Positions 49,519 through 59,797 of a stretch of DNA of 64,000 nucleotides are shown piece by piece; position 1 is the stretch's first letter; every line of letters starts with the position of its first letter. Made by a program: the position numbers and the translations under genes. The DNA is from Promethearchaeota archaeon (lineage in GTDB: Archaea; Asgardarchaeota; Lokiarchaeia; Sigyniarchaeales; SOKP01), in NCBI GenBank assembly GCA_048937405.1, contig JBHLNF010000004.1:128001-192000 (forward strand). Direction: 5' to 3'. The notes beneath the pieces were generated by a model. It ran no database searches. It saw only the letters and a list, made by a program, of their open reading frames with translations, and was not told where the DNA came from.

Positions 49519-51066
49519 CTAATTATAAATATGTGAAAACGTATCTATCGTCTTTAAAACGTCACTTGTTAAATAATTTTGCTTAAATGCTGAAGCAAAA
49601 AAAGCGCGATCTCCTGGATTGAAATAATTATAACCAAATTTATTCCAATCATGATTTGGTTGTAATGGTGCGAAAACACAGATTTGATCTTTTACTAAGG
49701 TCATTAATAATATATTTCGTTCCATTTTAGTGTTATTGGATAATGTGGTTATTAATATATCATCACTAAATTCATCCCAAGAATCTTTAAACTGAATGCA
49801 AAATTGTTTAATGTCGAATTTATTGTCTACTATAAGTTTTGCTAGGGATATTATGGATATATCATAAGTGCTTTCTTTATTTTGTTGATATAAGGGATTA
49901 GAAACAATTATACTTGGCATTGTTTTTTTTTCCTTCTGATTTTGAGGGGTACTATATTCCGGTAAAATTTTTAATTGATTAAGTCCAAGGATATTTCTGA
50001 CGTCATGAATATTCCCCCCAGTATCGAAAAATTGTTTATTAATTATATATTTAATGAGCTTTTGAGCATGCATATCTCCAAAATATGGATAATCAGAAGC
50101 ATAAAGGAGATATTCTGACCAAGTACGATTATCTACATTCTTCTTATTTTTAGATTGAAACCATCTTCGAAAACTCTCAAAAAAATTCCCAGCACCAGCT
50201 CCGTGCAACATTGAGAGATCACCATAAGTATTTGGTTGAACAATAGTATCATATACTTCATAGTCATCAATATTCCCTTGAGCAAAATGGGCAATTATAA
50301 CTTTAAAATGAGGTAATAAATCCGGAAAATTAGACTTAATTACATTTCTGGCGGATCTAATTAATTTTCCAATTTCTAAAATTGATCCCCTTCCTCGAGT
50401 ATCAAAAATAACGGGCAATGAATAACTAGCGGCTTCAATAAGAACATTTATAACTTTTTCAGATGTTATTTTATCAATATATCCTTCTGATCTTGGATGT
50501 AATTTTAATCCCCTTAATCCTAACTGTTCTCTAATATACTTTACTTCATTTACTGCTTTTTCCCCTTCCATTGGATCACAGCGACCATATCCTATTAATT
50601 TCATTGAAAAAGGAAATCTTGTTGTAAATCGAGAAATATTTATATTGCTTGCTCTATATAAAGCTTCTGGACGTTTATCTCTAAACACATCTTGGAAAGG
50701 AAAACAAACACCTTGATCTATAAATGAATAGAACTTAGATTTTTCTTTTAAATCAGAATGTCTTTTTCCTAGTCTTTCAAGTTCACCATAAAGTCTATCA
50801 GTGAACGGAAAAGGTGTAAAAGACCAAGATATTTTAGTAAATTTTCCATCCATAGTGGTTGTAAAAGATTGTTCACCAGTTTTTTCCCAATCTGCTTTAA
50901 TTCTACCTTGAACGTTCCCCCAAAAATCAAATGTTCCTGCACCCGGAGCTAATGGATTCATCATAGTCGCTCCGTCCACATCTTGACCTAAATGAGAATG
51001 GGCATCAATAACAATTAGATTCTCTTTCCATTTTTTACCATCTTGCTCTATTATACACGTCAGCAT
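49519..51066 (-). CDS. Amidohydrolase-2 family metal-dependent hydrolase
   Basis: IDAHSH, GLKLHP, IIAHF and YASDYPY. Confidence 0.88.
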   Translation of the reverse strand: MLTCIIEQDGKKWKENLIVIDAHSHLGQDVDGATMMNPLAPGAGTFDFWGNVQGRIKADWEKTGEQSFTTTMDGKFTKISWSFTPFPFTDRLYGELERLGKRHSDLKEKSKFYSFIDQGVCFPFQDVFRDKRPEALYRASNINISRFTTRFPFSMKLIGYGRCDPMEGEKAVNEVKYIREQLGLRGLKLHPRSEGYIDKITSEKVINVLIEAASYSLPVIFDTRGRGSILEIGKLIRSARNVIKSNFPDLLPHFKVIIAHFAQGNIDDYEVYDTIVQPNTYGDLSMLHGAGAGNFFESFRRWFQSKNKKNVDNRTWSEYLLYASDYPYFGDMHAQKLIKYIINKQFFDTGGNIHDVRNILGLNQLKILPEYSTPQNQKEKKTMPSIIVSNPLYQQNKESTYDISIISLAKLIVDNKFDIKQFCIQFKDSWDEFSDDILITTLSNNTKMERNILLMTLVKDQICVFAPLQPNHDWNKFGYNYFNPGDRAFFASAFKQNYLTSDVLKTIDTFSHIYN

Positions 51067-51303
51067 CTTGTTTTCTAAAATTTTTGTTTTTTTTTATTTT
51101 CTTATTTATACCAATAATTGTTTTTAAAACTAAAAAATGTAATAGATAAAAGGATATTTAAAATAATTCCTTGATCTTAAAAGTTATAAGAATTGTGCTT
51201 TAAAATGATAAATTCTTCCATAATTTTAATTTAATCTAAAATATTTTCTGGTGGTCGAATCAAAACAATCCTTTTTAAAATAAAAACCATTTCTTTTTAT
51301 TAA

Positions 51304-52599
51304 ATGAACGTCCCTGCAATAATATTTATCTTGTTTTTATTTGCACTTTTGATGGCTTTTTTTTCTCAAGATAAATTTGACTATTTTCCTGTTGCATTGA
51401 TTATAGGAACCATCGCAGTAATTTCAATGCTAGCGTTTACTGATGTTGAAGAGGCAGAAATTATTGGATTTGTCAATTTCAATACTCTTATTTTTATTTT
51501 TGCTATGCAAATAATCATATATTTTGCAGTTAATGACCGAGTTTTAGAATATACTGCAATTAAATTGGTTCATATTACGAAAGGTAACAATCGGTTATTT
51601 TTTTATATGATTTGCCTATTTACAGGTACAATAGTTGCTTTTATAGAGGATTTAACTCTTTCATTAATAATGGTTCCCTTAATCTACAGGACATGTCGAG
51701 TTTTAGAGATACCTGCTGGGACTTATATGATGGGGATGACCATTACTATAAATATTGGCGCAATTCTCACACCTATCTCAAGCCTCAAAAATTTAATTAT
51801 TAGTAAAGAATTCGGATGGGGATTTGGTAAATATCTTGCTAATATGGGCATTTTATTTATAATTACGTTAGTATCTACCATCTTTCTGATAGATAGGTTG
51901 ATCTTAAGGAAAGAAGAAAAACCAACTGAACGAAATAAGGTGATATTATTGGAAATATTAGAACCTGAAATTGTTATTGAAAATAAAAAGTACTTTTTGA
52001 CAACAATTATTATTGTTCTAATAACATTTGTGTTTATGATCATTGGTTTCGAACCTGCTCTTGTAGCAATTATATCTGCTGCTGTGCTGTTGATTTTTCA
52101 CTCCAAGAATATTAAATTTTCAGATCTTAATAATGAAATCTCTTGGCGAATCATCATTATTTTTGCTATTTTGTTTATTCTTGCCAATTCTTTATCAAGA
52201 TTTGGCTTTTCTGATTTGATCGCTACAGGATTAGTAAATATGTCTAATAATAACATTTATCTTGCTGTGTTAATTGTATTAAGCCTATCAACTCTTTTAT
52301 CAGCATTTCTAGCAGGTACACCTGTTACCATCATTCTACTCCCGATTTTTTCAGCGATCATAGGGACAGGTTTTTTTCCTAATCCCATTATTATTGCTTT
52401 CATAGGGGGTGTTAATTTAGCAGGTAACTTTTTACCTCAAGGTTCTGCATGTGATCTTCTCACCCTTAACTTAGCTAAAAAATACAATGTTGCAAATTTG
52501 GATTACAAGCGTTTACTAATAAATGGTGCCTTTTTTGCAACGATACATTTCTTTATTATTTTAGGATATACAATGCTTTACACTTTATTATTAAGCTAA
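51304..52599 (+). CDS. ArsB/NhaD/CitM (ion transporter superfamily) permease
   Basis: About 11-12 TM segments; AFIEDL, NIGA.LTPI.S.KNLII and NLAGN..P.GSA. Confidence 0.85.
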   Translation: MNVPAIIFILFLFALLMAFFSQDKFDYFPVALIIGTIAVISMLAFTDVEEAEIIGFVNFNTLIFIFAMQIIIYFAVNDRVLEYTAIKLVHITKGNNRLFFYMICLFTGTIVAFIEDLTLSLIMVPLIYRTCRVLEIPAGTYMMGMTITINIGAILTPISSLKNLIISKEFGWGFGKYLANMGILFIITLVSTIFLIDRLILRKEEKPTERNKVILLEILEPEIVIENKKYFLTTIIIVLITFVFMIIGFEPALVAIISAAVLLIFHSKNIKFSDLNNEISWRIIIIFAILFILANSLSRFGFSDLIATGLVNMSNNNIYLAVLIVLSLSTLLSAFLAGTPVTIILLPIFSAIIGTGFFPNPIIIAFIGGVNLAGNFLPQGSACDLLTLNLAKKYNVANLDYKRLLINGAFFATIHFFIILGYTMLYTLLLS

Positions 52600-52803
52600 A
52601 ACAACAGAGTGTAAACATTCTGATCTTTATATCTATTATGAGGATAAGGATCTATTTACTCTTATTAGATTTATAACAAAATTTAAACTACCATTATTTA
52701 AATTGAATCCAAGAAAAGATTTATAAATAAAAGTTAGTTATGACATAAATGATAAATCCAAAAAATTTACAAACTATAATTGAAATTAAAAGGAGGAATT
52801 GTA

Positions 52804-53433
52804 TTGTCTGAGGAATTAATAGATCTTATAATAGATTTATGTGAGAAAGAAGCTATAGACCTAGTTCAGAAAAAAATTGATGCTGGAGAAGATCCTTTAA
52901 AAATTCTAGAACAAATTAGAATTGCTATGGCTAAAGTTGGAGAAAAATTTGAGAGTAAGGAGTTCTTCCTACCAGATTTGATAATGTCTGGAGAAATTTT
53001 AAGACAAATCACAGAAATTTTGGAACCCAAGCTTAAAGCAGATATTAAGACCCAAAGTTTAGGAAAAATTGTATTGGGTACTGTTTTTGGTGATATACAC
53101 GACATTGGCAAAGATATTGTTAAATTTATGTTAGAATCTAATGGGTTTGAAGTTCATGATCTAGGTGTTAATGTTCCCAAAGAAAAATTTGTAGAAAAAA
53201 TAAAGGAATTGGATGCAAAAATAGTAGGTTTGAGTGGGTTCCTAACCCTAGCATATGATGCCATGAAAGAAACTATAGAAGAAATCAAAAATGCAGGTCT
53301 AAGAGAAAAAACAAAAATAATGATTGGCGGAGGACAAATAAATGAAGATGTAAAAAAATATGTGGGAGCAGATTCCTTTGGAAAAGATGCAATTGAAGCA
53401 GTAGCTTTAGCTAAAGAATGGATAAGTGAATAG
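52804..53433 (+). CDS. Corrinoid (B12-binding) protein of a methyltransferase system
   Basis: GDIHDIGK, V.DLGV.VP, VGLSG and IMIGG; TTG at 52804 follows an AGGAGG SD (the ORF track starts at 52780). Confidence 0.93.
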   Translation: MSEELIDLIIDLCEKEAIDLVQKKIDAGEDPLKILEQIRIAMAKVGEKFESKEFFLPDLIMSGEILRQITEILEPKLKADIKTQSLGKIVLGTVFGDIHDIGKDIVKFMLESNGFEVHDLGVNVPKEKFVEKIKELDAKIVGLSGFLTLAYDAMKETIEEIKNAGLREKTKIMIGGGQINEDVKKYVGADSFGKDAIEAVALAKEWISE

Positions 53434-53472
53434 TATTAGTCCTCAGTAGAGAATTTTAAGGAGGTAAAAATA

Positions 53473-54810
53473 ATGGAAAAGAATTGGGAAAATTTATCAC
53501 GGGATGAAAGACAGGAGGAACTGTTTGAAAGGTGGCTTTCACCCCAGGATATTGAATTTGTCAGCTCTGAAGCTGAGAAAGCGTATAAAGAAAGAGTAAT
53601 AAGAATAAAAAATATTATTCAATTGAAAAAAAAGCCTGATAGAATTCCAGTTGTTCTGATGCTTGGATTTTTTCCAGCATATTATAGTGGTATAACTCCT
53701 AAAGATGCAATGTATGATTATGATAAATTATTTGTGGCATGGAAAAAAACTATTATAGATTTTGAGCCAGATGCTCATATAGGATGTTTTGTACCTGGTC
53801 CGGGAAAGATGTTTGATATTCTTGACTATAAGTTATATGCCTGGCCAGGTCATGGAGTCTCTCCTAATCATTCATACCAATGCGTTGAGAGTGAATACAT
53901 GAAAGCAGATGAGTATGATGCTTTTATTCAAGATCCCTCTGGTTTTTTTAGAAGTGTCTATTTACCTCGTGTATTTGGAACCTTAGATCCCCTTAAGCAA
54001 TTAGCACCTCTCACCAATATAATCGAATTACCATTTACAGGTGGCAATATCTTACCATACGGCCTTCCAGATGTTCAGGAGGCACTTAAAGCGCTCATGG
54101 AAGCAGGAAGTGAAGCCTTAAAATGGGCAGGAACTCTCGGAGTGTTCAATAAGGAGATGTCAGAAAATGGATTTCCAGACTTCTTTGGTGGTGCTACAAA
54201 AGCCCCTTATGATACTATTGGTGATACTCTCCGAGGAACTAAAGGAATCATGCTTGATATATACCAGCGACCTGAGAAGCTACTTAAGGCTCTTGAGGTA
54301 GCAACTCCTTTGATGGTAAATATGGGAGTATCTATGGCTAAGATGAATGGAATACCTATTGTTTTTATACCTTTACATAAAGGAGCTGATGGTTTTCTTT
54401 CTGATGATCAATTTAAGACTTTTTACTGGCCTTCCTTTAGAAGTCTTCTTATGGGCTTAATCGAGGAGGGATGTGTACCATTCTCTTATGTTGAAGGTGG
54501 GTTTAATTCCCGTTTAGAGGTTATTAAGGATTTACCTAAAGGTAAGGTTATATGGGCATTTGATTTAACAGATATGGAGAAGGCAAAAGAGATTTTAGGC
54601 GACACTGCTTGCATAGGTGGTAACATGCCGATTTCTCTATTAAATTTAGGAACACCACACGATATAAAAGAATATGCAAAGAACTTAATAGATACTATTG
54701 GGAAAGATGGTGGTTATTTAATGATGAACGGAGCTGTAATTGATGAGGCAAAACCAGAAAATGTTAAAGCCATGATTGACTTCACCAAAGAATACGGTGT
54801 ATATAAATAA
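53473..54810 (+). CDS. Uroporphyrinogen decarboxylase family (MtaA/CmuA-like) protein
   Basis: PDRIPV, LRG....LD....PE, F..FYWP, AKE.LG...CI.GN and ENVKAM.....EYG; adjacent to the corrinoid protein. Confidence 0.88.
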   Translation: MEKNWENLSRDERQEELFERWLSPQDIEFVSSEAEKAYKERVIRIKNIIQLKKKPDRIPVVLMLGFFPAYYSGITPKDAMYDYDKLFVAWKKTIIDFEPDAHIGCFVPGPGKMFDILDYKLYAWPGHGVSPNHSYQCVESEYMKADEYDAFIQDPSGFFRSVYLPRVFGTLDPLKQLAPLTNIIELPFTGGNILPYGLPDVQEALKALMEAGSEALKWAGTLGVFNKEMSENGFPDFFGGATKAPYDTIGDTLRGTKGIMLDIYQRPEKLLKALEVATPLMVNMGVSMAKMNGIPIVFIPLHKGADGFLSDDQFKTFYWPSFRSLLMGLIEEGCVPFSYVEGGFNSRLEVIKDLPKGKVIWAFDLTDMEKAKEILGDTACIGGNMPISLLNLGTPHDIKEYAKNLIDTIGKDGGYLMMNGAVIDEAKPENVKAMIDFTKEYGVYK

Positions 54811-54823
54811 AACAATTTCAAAA

Positions 54824-54836
54824 TTTTTTTTTTTTT
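54824..54836 (+). terminator. Oligo-T tract, probable archaeal terminator
   Basis: T13 run 13 nt after the stop, between convergent genes. Confidence 0.45.
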
Positions 54837-54880
54837 CACTAAGATTTTTTAAAACTCAAAATTATTCAAAATATTAAAGA

Positions 54881-56533
54881 TTAATCTCTCATTTCTTTTG
54901 GAAGTGTTAATACGCCTGTAAGAGGATTATTTAACGGATCTTGGCAATACTGAATGGTAAAATATATTAAATCATATAAAATGCTTGGATCCTCTCCATT
55001 TTTTAGTTTATAATCATATAAGCTTAATTGATATTCTGCTTCTGTTATGGGGGGCTCAGCATAAGATATACTTCCAAATACCGACTGTAATAGAGGTTTC
55101 ATAAATGGAGAATATAAGAATCCCAATTCTTTTAATTCATCTTTTAAATAGAAGAACATACGTTGTACAGCTTGCATCATATACCGGACAGGTTGATTTT
55201 TTGGGCCTAAATACTGTTCTGCAAAGTTAGGGTCATATTGGGCAAGTTTTTCTTGTGAAATATTCATAGGACGAAATAACGAGATTAATCCTCTTTCAAT
55301 CGCTGCTGCACGGTTTGTTGCGATGGTTTCACTCCCAGCATCGGGTACCCATACTCCCCTTTCTAACAATTTCCTTGCTTTATAACACATAGTTTGAATC
55401 AACATTCCAATACCAATTCGACGACAAATAGAAATCTGGGCATCACTAATTCGAACTTCAATGGTACCCCAATCAGTTAAAGGAAAGACATCCTGAAAAC
55501 GCCCATCTTCTAGGCTTGCTTTTTGGACAGTTTGAAGGAAAAAATTCACGGAATTTTCACTAATATCTGTTAAATAAGGGATATAATATTTTGGGTCATT
55601 TCCACTCAACATAGTAGTGTTATTCTTTAATCGTAATGATCTAGTGCAGTTTGGTGCAGTAATTCGTCCATTTATAATCTTTACCACATCTGTAGGCTTA
55701 TTATTAATAATAGGTGAATTACACGATAGAGCGATAAGATGAGGGATAAAATTTCGTATCATACAATAAGCTTGAACTTTTTCTAAATCAGACCTAAAAG
55801 AACCTATGTGAGAATGATCAGCTTGAGAAACTCCACGCATGTATTCTCTTGTTGCAGGATTTATGGCAGAAGCTATGATATGTAAATCCTTTGGTAATGT
55901 GGTTTTTGCTAGTAAGAATAGAGTACTCGCCCAATAAGCTAATTCTTCAACATAAGCACATGGAGGTGTTACAAGCTCTAATATATAAGTAATTGCGGTT
56001 ACATTGCCATCTCGAGCAAAAGTATCAATATCTACGTATGAATCTCCTAAAGCGTATCGAATATCCATAGCATACCCTTTTTCTAAATCATCTTTTCCCC
56101 ATGGTCTAGCTAAGACTTTTTGCCTAATGTATTCAGGAACTGGAAGAAAATCTTCTCTTCCTTCATATAACATCTCATCCATGATTTTAATGGCATCTTT
56201 AACAATTTCTTTCATCCGGAATACCATTTCTTCTCCAGGGGGATATTCACCACTATCATCTGCGATAATTAATTCCATTTCAATACCATGAGTAAAAGGT
56301 AAAGGCGTCCAATGTCCAGTGTCCATTAACATTTCGGACCATAGTCTTTCAGGAATTAGAACTTCTCTATAATCAGATCCAAGAAATAATTTATCTCCAG
56401 ATCGATCAATACGTCCTCCTAATGAAACAGCTGAAGTTGCCCCAACTTTTCCTTTTTTAGCATATAATTGTGAAAAAGTATCCCCTCGTTGATCTGCTTT
56501 TTTTCTCTTTTTTTTCTTTTTATCTTTTGCCAT
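54881..56533 (-). CDS. Glutamate-cysteine ligase family 2 (GCS2)-like carboxylate-amine ligase
   Basis: THGIEMELII, LELVTPP, HSHIG, PHLIALS.NSP and GTIEVRISD.Q. Confidence 0.85.
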   Translation of the reverse strand: MAKDKKKKKRKKADQRGDTFSQLYAKKGKVGATSAVSLGGRIDRSGDKLFLGSDYREVLIPERLWSEMLMDTGHWTPLPFTHGIEMELIIADDSGEYPPGEEMVFRMKEIVKDAIKIMDEMLYEGREDFLPVPEYIRQKVLARPWGKDDLEKGYAMDIRYALGDSYVDIDTFARDGNVTAITYILELVTPPCAYVEELAYWASTLFLLAKTTLPKDLHIIASAINPATREYMRGVSQADHSHIGSFRSDLEKVQAYCMIRNFIPHLIALSCNSPIINNKPTDVVKIINGRITAPNCTRSLRLKNNTTMLSGNDPKYYIPYLTDISENSVNFFLQTVQKASLEDGRFQDVFPLTDWGTIEVRISDAQISICRRIGIGMLIQTMCYKARKLLERGVWVPDAGSETIATNRAAAIERGLISLFRPMNISQEKLAQYDPNFAEQYLGPKNQPVRYMMQAVQRMFFYLKDELKELGFLYSPFMKPLLQSVFGSISYAEPPITEAEYQLSLYDYKLKNGEDPSILYDLIYFTIQYCQDPLNNPLTGVLTLPKEMRD

Positions 56534-56648
56534 GGAATCTTTACCTTTTTATTACTTTACTGTATCCAATAATATAAAAAAATGATTTTTTTATTTACGA
56601 TATATATTAATACTTCAAATTTTATAATTTTAGGTTTATAACTTCAAT

Positions 56649-58487
56649 TTATAATAAAGATTGAATAAATGTCTTGAAAATATTATAATCATTGATAAAT
56701 TCATAGGAAAGCACTAAGTTAATAATTTTACATTTGTTCAGTGGAAATATATCTTTTAGATAATCAACAATTTTACCACCTTTGAAAAAAGAATCGTCTG
56801 TAATCAAATTAACAGAATCTCCAATTTTCCTAACTTTAGAGTGAAGGATTGTTTCTATCCCCATTTCATCCGACACAATAATGGTAGGCCTTCCTAAGTA
56901 TGGAATAAAATCTAAATTAAAAATTATCACTTGACCTGGAGCATTATTAATGTTTTTGAAAAATTGTTTTAATGAAGTTTGGACAGTCCTAACCTCATTT
57001 TCATTATAATTCTTTTTGATTGGATAAATAAAATAGGCGATTGATTTTTTTGAGGAATATTTGATATCATTATAGACTCGATCAATGATAGGAAAAATAC
57101 TAAAATCAAAACCGAATAATGATAAAAATGCAATTGTAAAATTAAAATCATTAACTAGGAGATTGTTACTTACATTTCCTCCAATTAGTGAGAAATTTCT
57201 AATTTCATTATTGACATCAGAACTGTATATATTTAATAAATAATACTGAGAAAAAACTAATTGTGATTCTGTTTTTGTTCTGATTTCATCAACCATCATA
57301 TAAACAACATTAAAAATATCTTTGCTAATTTTTTCCTTAAGTTCTGGAATATTCAGATTTTCAATAACAGCATGAGCTTTCGCAGGGCTTTCAATTTCAG
57401 CAAGACTGATGATTGCATCCTTAAAAATTTTATAATCTTGCTTTTTATAATCTGTTTTGAGTAATTTCAATATTTTTTCTATGATCAAATTTAGTACAAC
57501 AATTAATTCAGATCTTATATCTTGTTCTTTCAATTTTTTCGCAATATTGAATAAAATCTGTATTTTTTTAATATCACTTTCAATATAACCAATCAACTTT
57601 AGAGCCAATAGTGGATTAGATTCAATAATTTTGCTATATACTTTGAGTAATAAATTCTCCTTTGATGAGGGATCTTGAATTAGATTTCCAATTTTTAATG
57701 CTTGTTCTGGATTAATTACGACATGATCTTGAGCTAAAAATTCTAATATGTGTAGTTTAACATTTGCATCAGTTATATTATTAATGAATTGTAAAGAGGA
57801 CTCAATATTTTTAATACCGTATGCTCTAATCAAACTATAATATAAGTCAGTTTGATCTTTTTTTTTAGACAGCATTAATGCTAATTCTAAAGCACGTGAG
57901 AGATTGTTAACAGAAAGATATCCTTTTGCTAGATTTTCTAAATATTTATCGATTTCTTCCAAAAGTTTTGAAATTTTTGACCCTGTTGCTTGTAGTGAAT
58001 TATAATCTTCTTTTAATTTTTTCAATTGTTGTTCTGCTTTTTTTATTACATCCTTCTTCATATCTATAATATAATCATCTGGATTAAACAAATCTGAAAT
58101 CTTTTTTTCAAGGAATGAATAATTCTCTAATATTTTTTTAAATTTTCTTTCTTGAATTTCATCTCTTACTTTCTGTACTTTTACAGTATATTCTGTAATC
58201 TTTAACCAATGAGCCTTTATAGTTAATTTTCCAGAACCATCAGAATTAGGTTCTAATTTTAACTCAAGATTTTTTGTTTCTCCAGGACCAAACTCGGTAA
58301 TCTCAGTTAATTCGATGGGATTAACATCTATAGTTAAATTTTCACCCTCGAATTCTAATTTAAAGTTTTCCTTTCTATTCGAATAATTTATTGCTTGAAT
58401 TGAAACAATATTATCAATCCCGGGAATCAATAGATTTTGAGGGAATTTTGTAATGTTTAAAGATATAATTTGATTAGCATTTGACAT
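56649..58487 (-). CDS. Hypothetical protein: beta-sandwich N-terminus, helical repeats and alpha/beta C-terminus
   Basis: 612-aa open frame; no family recognised. Confidence 0.65.
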   Translation of the reverse strand: MSNANQIISLNITKFPQNLLIPGIDNIVSIQAINYSNRKENFKLEFEGENLTIDVNPIELTEITEFGPGETKNLELKLEPNSDGSGKLTIKAHWLKITEYTVKVQKVRDEIQERKFKKILENYSFLEKKISDLFNPDDYIIDMKKDVIKKAEQQLKKLKEDYNSLQATGSKISKLLEEIDKYLENLAKGYLSVNNLSRALELALMLSKKKDQTDLYYSLIRAYGIKNIESSLQFINNITDANVKLHILEFLAQDHVVINPEQALKIGNLIQDPSSKENLLLKVYSKIIESNPLLALKLIGYIESDIKKIQILFNIAKKLKEQDIRSELIVVLNLIIEKILKLLKTDYKKQDYKIFKDAIISLAEIESPAKAHAVIENLNIPELKEKISKDIFNVVYMMVDEIRTKTESQLVFSQYYLLNIYSSDVNNEIRNFSLIGGNVSNNLLVNDFNFTIAFLSLFGFDFSIFPIIDRVYNDIKYSSKKSIAYFIYPIKKNYNENEVRTVQTSLKQFFKNINNAPGQVIIFNLDFIPYLGRPTIIVSDEMGIETILHSKVRKIGDSVNLITDDSFFKGGKIVDYLKDIFPLNKCKIINLVLSYEFINDYNIFKTFIQSLL

Positions 58488-58614
58488 AATTCAATTATTT
58501 TTTTACTCTCTTTAATAATACTAAATCAGAATTTCTCATCATTTTTTAGGTTTAATAATTAACAATTCTTAAATTTTTTATTGTTAGATCCAAATTATAT
58601 TAAAAACAGCTCTT

Positions 58615-59382
58615 TTATTTACCCATTCGGCGATCTCTAGCAATAAAGTCCTTAAGATCCTCAACAACCATTTCTTTATTATAGTCCGGCCAAAATTCTT
58701 TTCGGAATTTAAATTCTGCATAAGAAGCATCCCATAACAAGAATCCTGAGATTCTAGCTCCATCATTCATGCCAGTTCTAATAATATAATCTAAAGGAGG
58801 AAAGTCTTTTGAATAGAGGTGTGATTCAATTAAATCTTTATTAACCTGTTCTGGTTTAATTCCATTACTCACAATTTCCTTCACAGCATCAACAATTTCT
58901 TCATGACCATCATACATAACGCAAAGATTAATGAAATTTTGGTCGTTATCTTTAGTAAGCTCCATTAAATCTTGAAATTTCTCCTTAACATCATTTGGTA
59001 ACATTGAAATCTTTCCAATAATATTAAATTTAACTTTTTCCTCTTTAACGATTGATTCATTTATAATGGTATCGATAGCTTTGATCATTAACTTATAAAT
59101 ATACTCAATTTCTACAGGTTTACGTTTCCTAACATTCTCTAATGATAATATATATAAACTCAAATAATGAATTCCCGCATCAAAAAAATCGAATAATCGC
59201 TTTTTAAGGTTTTCGTAGCCAATTAAATGCCCTAAATTGATTTCGAGATTCCTCTTCTTGGCCCATCTTCTGTTAATGTCTAGAAGTGGAAATCTCTTCT
59301 AAGTACCATCAATGATGAGGCCAATATGTTTGGGTAACCTTTCTTTTTCTCTTAATTTAAGTTCTTCTAGAATAGTTTGCAT
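58615..59382 (-). CDS. uppS: cis-prenyltransferase (UppS family); two exons, 59304-59382 and 58615-59273; 245 aa after splicing
   Basis: PKHIGLIIDG|NRRWAK, GH..G, LY..S.EN..R, YDG.EEI, LDYIIRTG, RISGFLLW..SYAE, WP and terminal RRMGK. The ORF track captures only the last 182 aa. Confidence 0.93.
59274..59303 (-). other. 30-nt putative BHB intron in uppS mRNA (CUUAGAAGAGAUUUCCACUUCUAGACAUUA)
   Basis: Interrupts the Asn codon of DGNRRW, contains an in-frame UAG, and its ends fall at the predicted BHB cleavage positions. Confidence 0.85.
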
Positions 59383-59797
59383 GAAGTTTTAAAAAAAAAT
59401 TTTACTTTCAATATTAATATGAATATTAAAGGTATTAAATTTTTCTTAAAATTTAAAAATAGCTATATTATTCAAATTTATATTGGATTTTAGTTTTTAA
59501 TTTGTAGAATGATACTTTTCAAGCTTAAATTACTCTTCAAAATAAACTTTTACTTTTTCTTACAGTCTTTTACCGATAGTAAGAATTTGAGTAATTCAAA
59601 CTTCTTACCTTTATTTAAACTGAAATTATATAAAGAAATTCTTATATATAAAATTAAAATAGTATTTTGATAATCAATATAAAAAATTATAAAATCGAAA
59701 AAAAAAGAAATTTGGGATTAAAATTTCCTAATACTACTTAACATGTAATTGACATCACCTTTCAAAATACTGTTAGTATTAACCTAAAATCCTCTAT

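Noticed and set aside
59274-59303. Pyrrolysine or stop-codon readthrough of the uppS UAG
   Set aside because: Readthrough would leave 10 extra residues inside the DGNRRW P-loop, whereas BHB excision restores the motif precisely.
59274-59303. Transposon footprint or simple pseudogene explanation for the uppS insert
   Set aside because: There is no target-site duplication beyond a single A, and all other catalytic motifs and the reading frame are intact.
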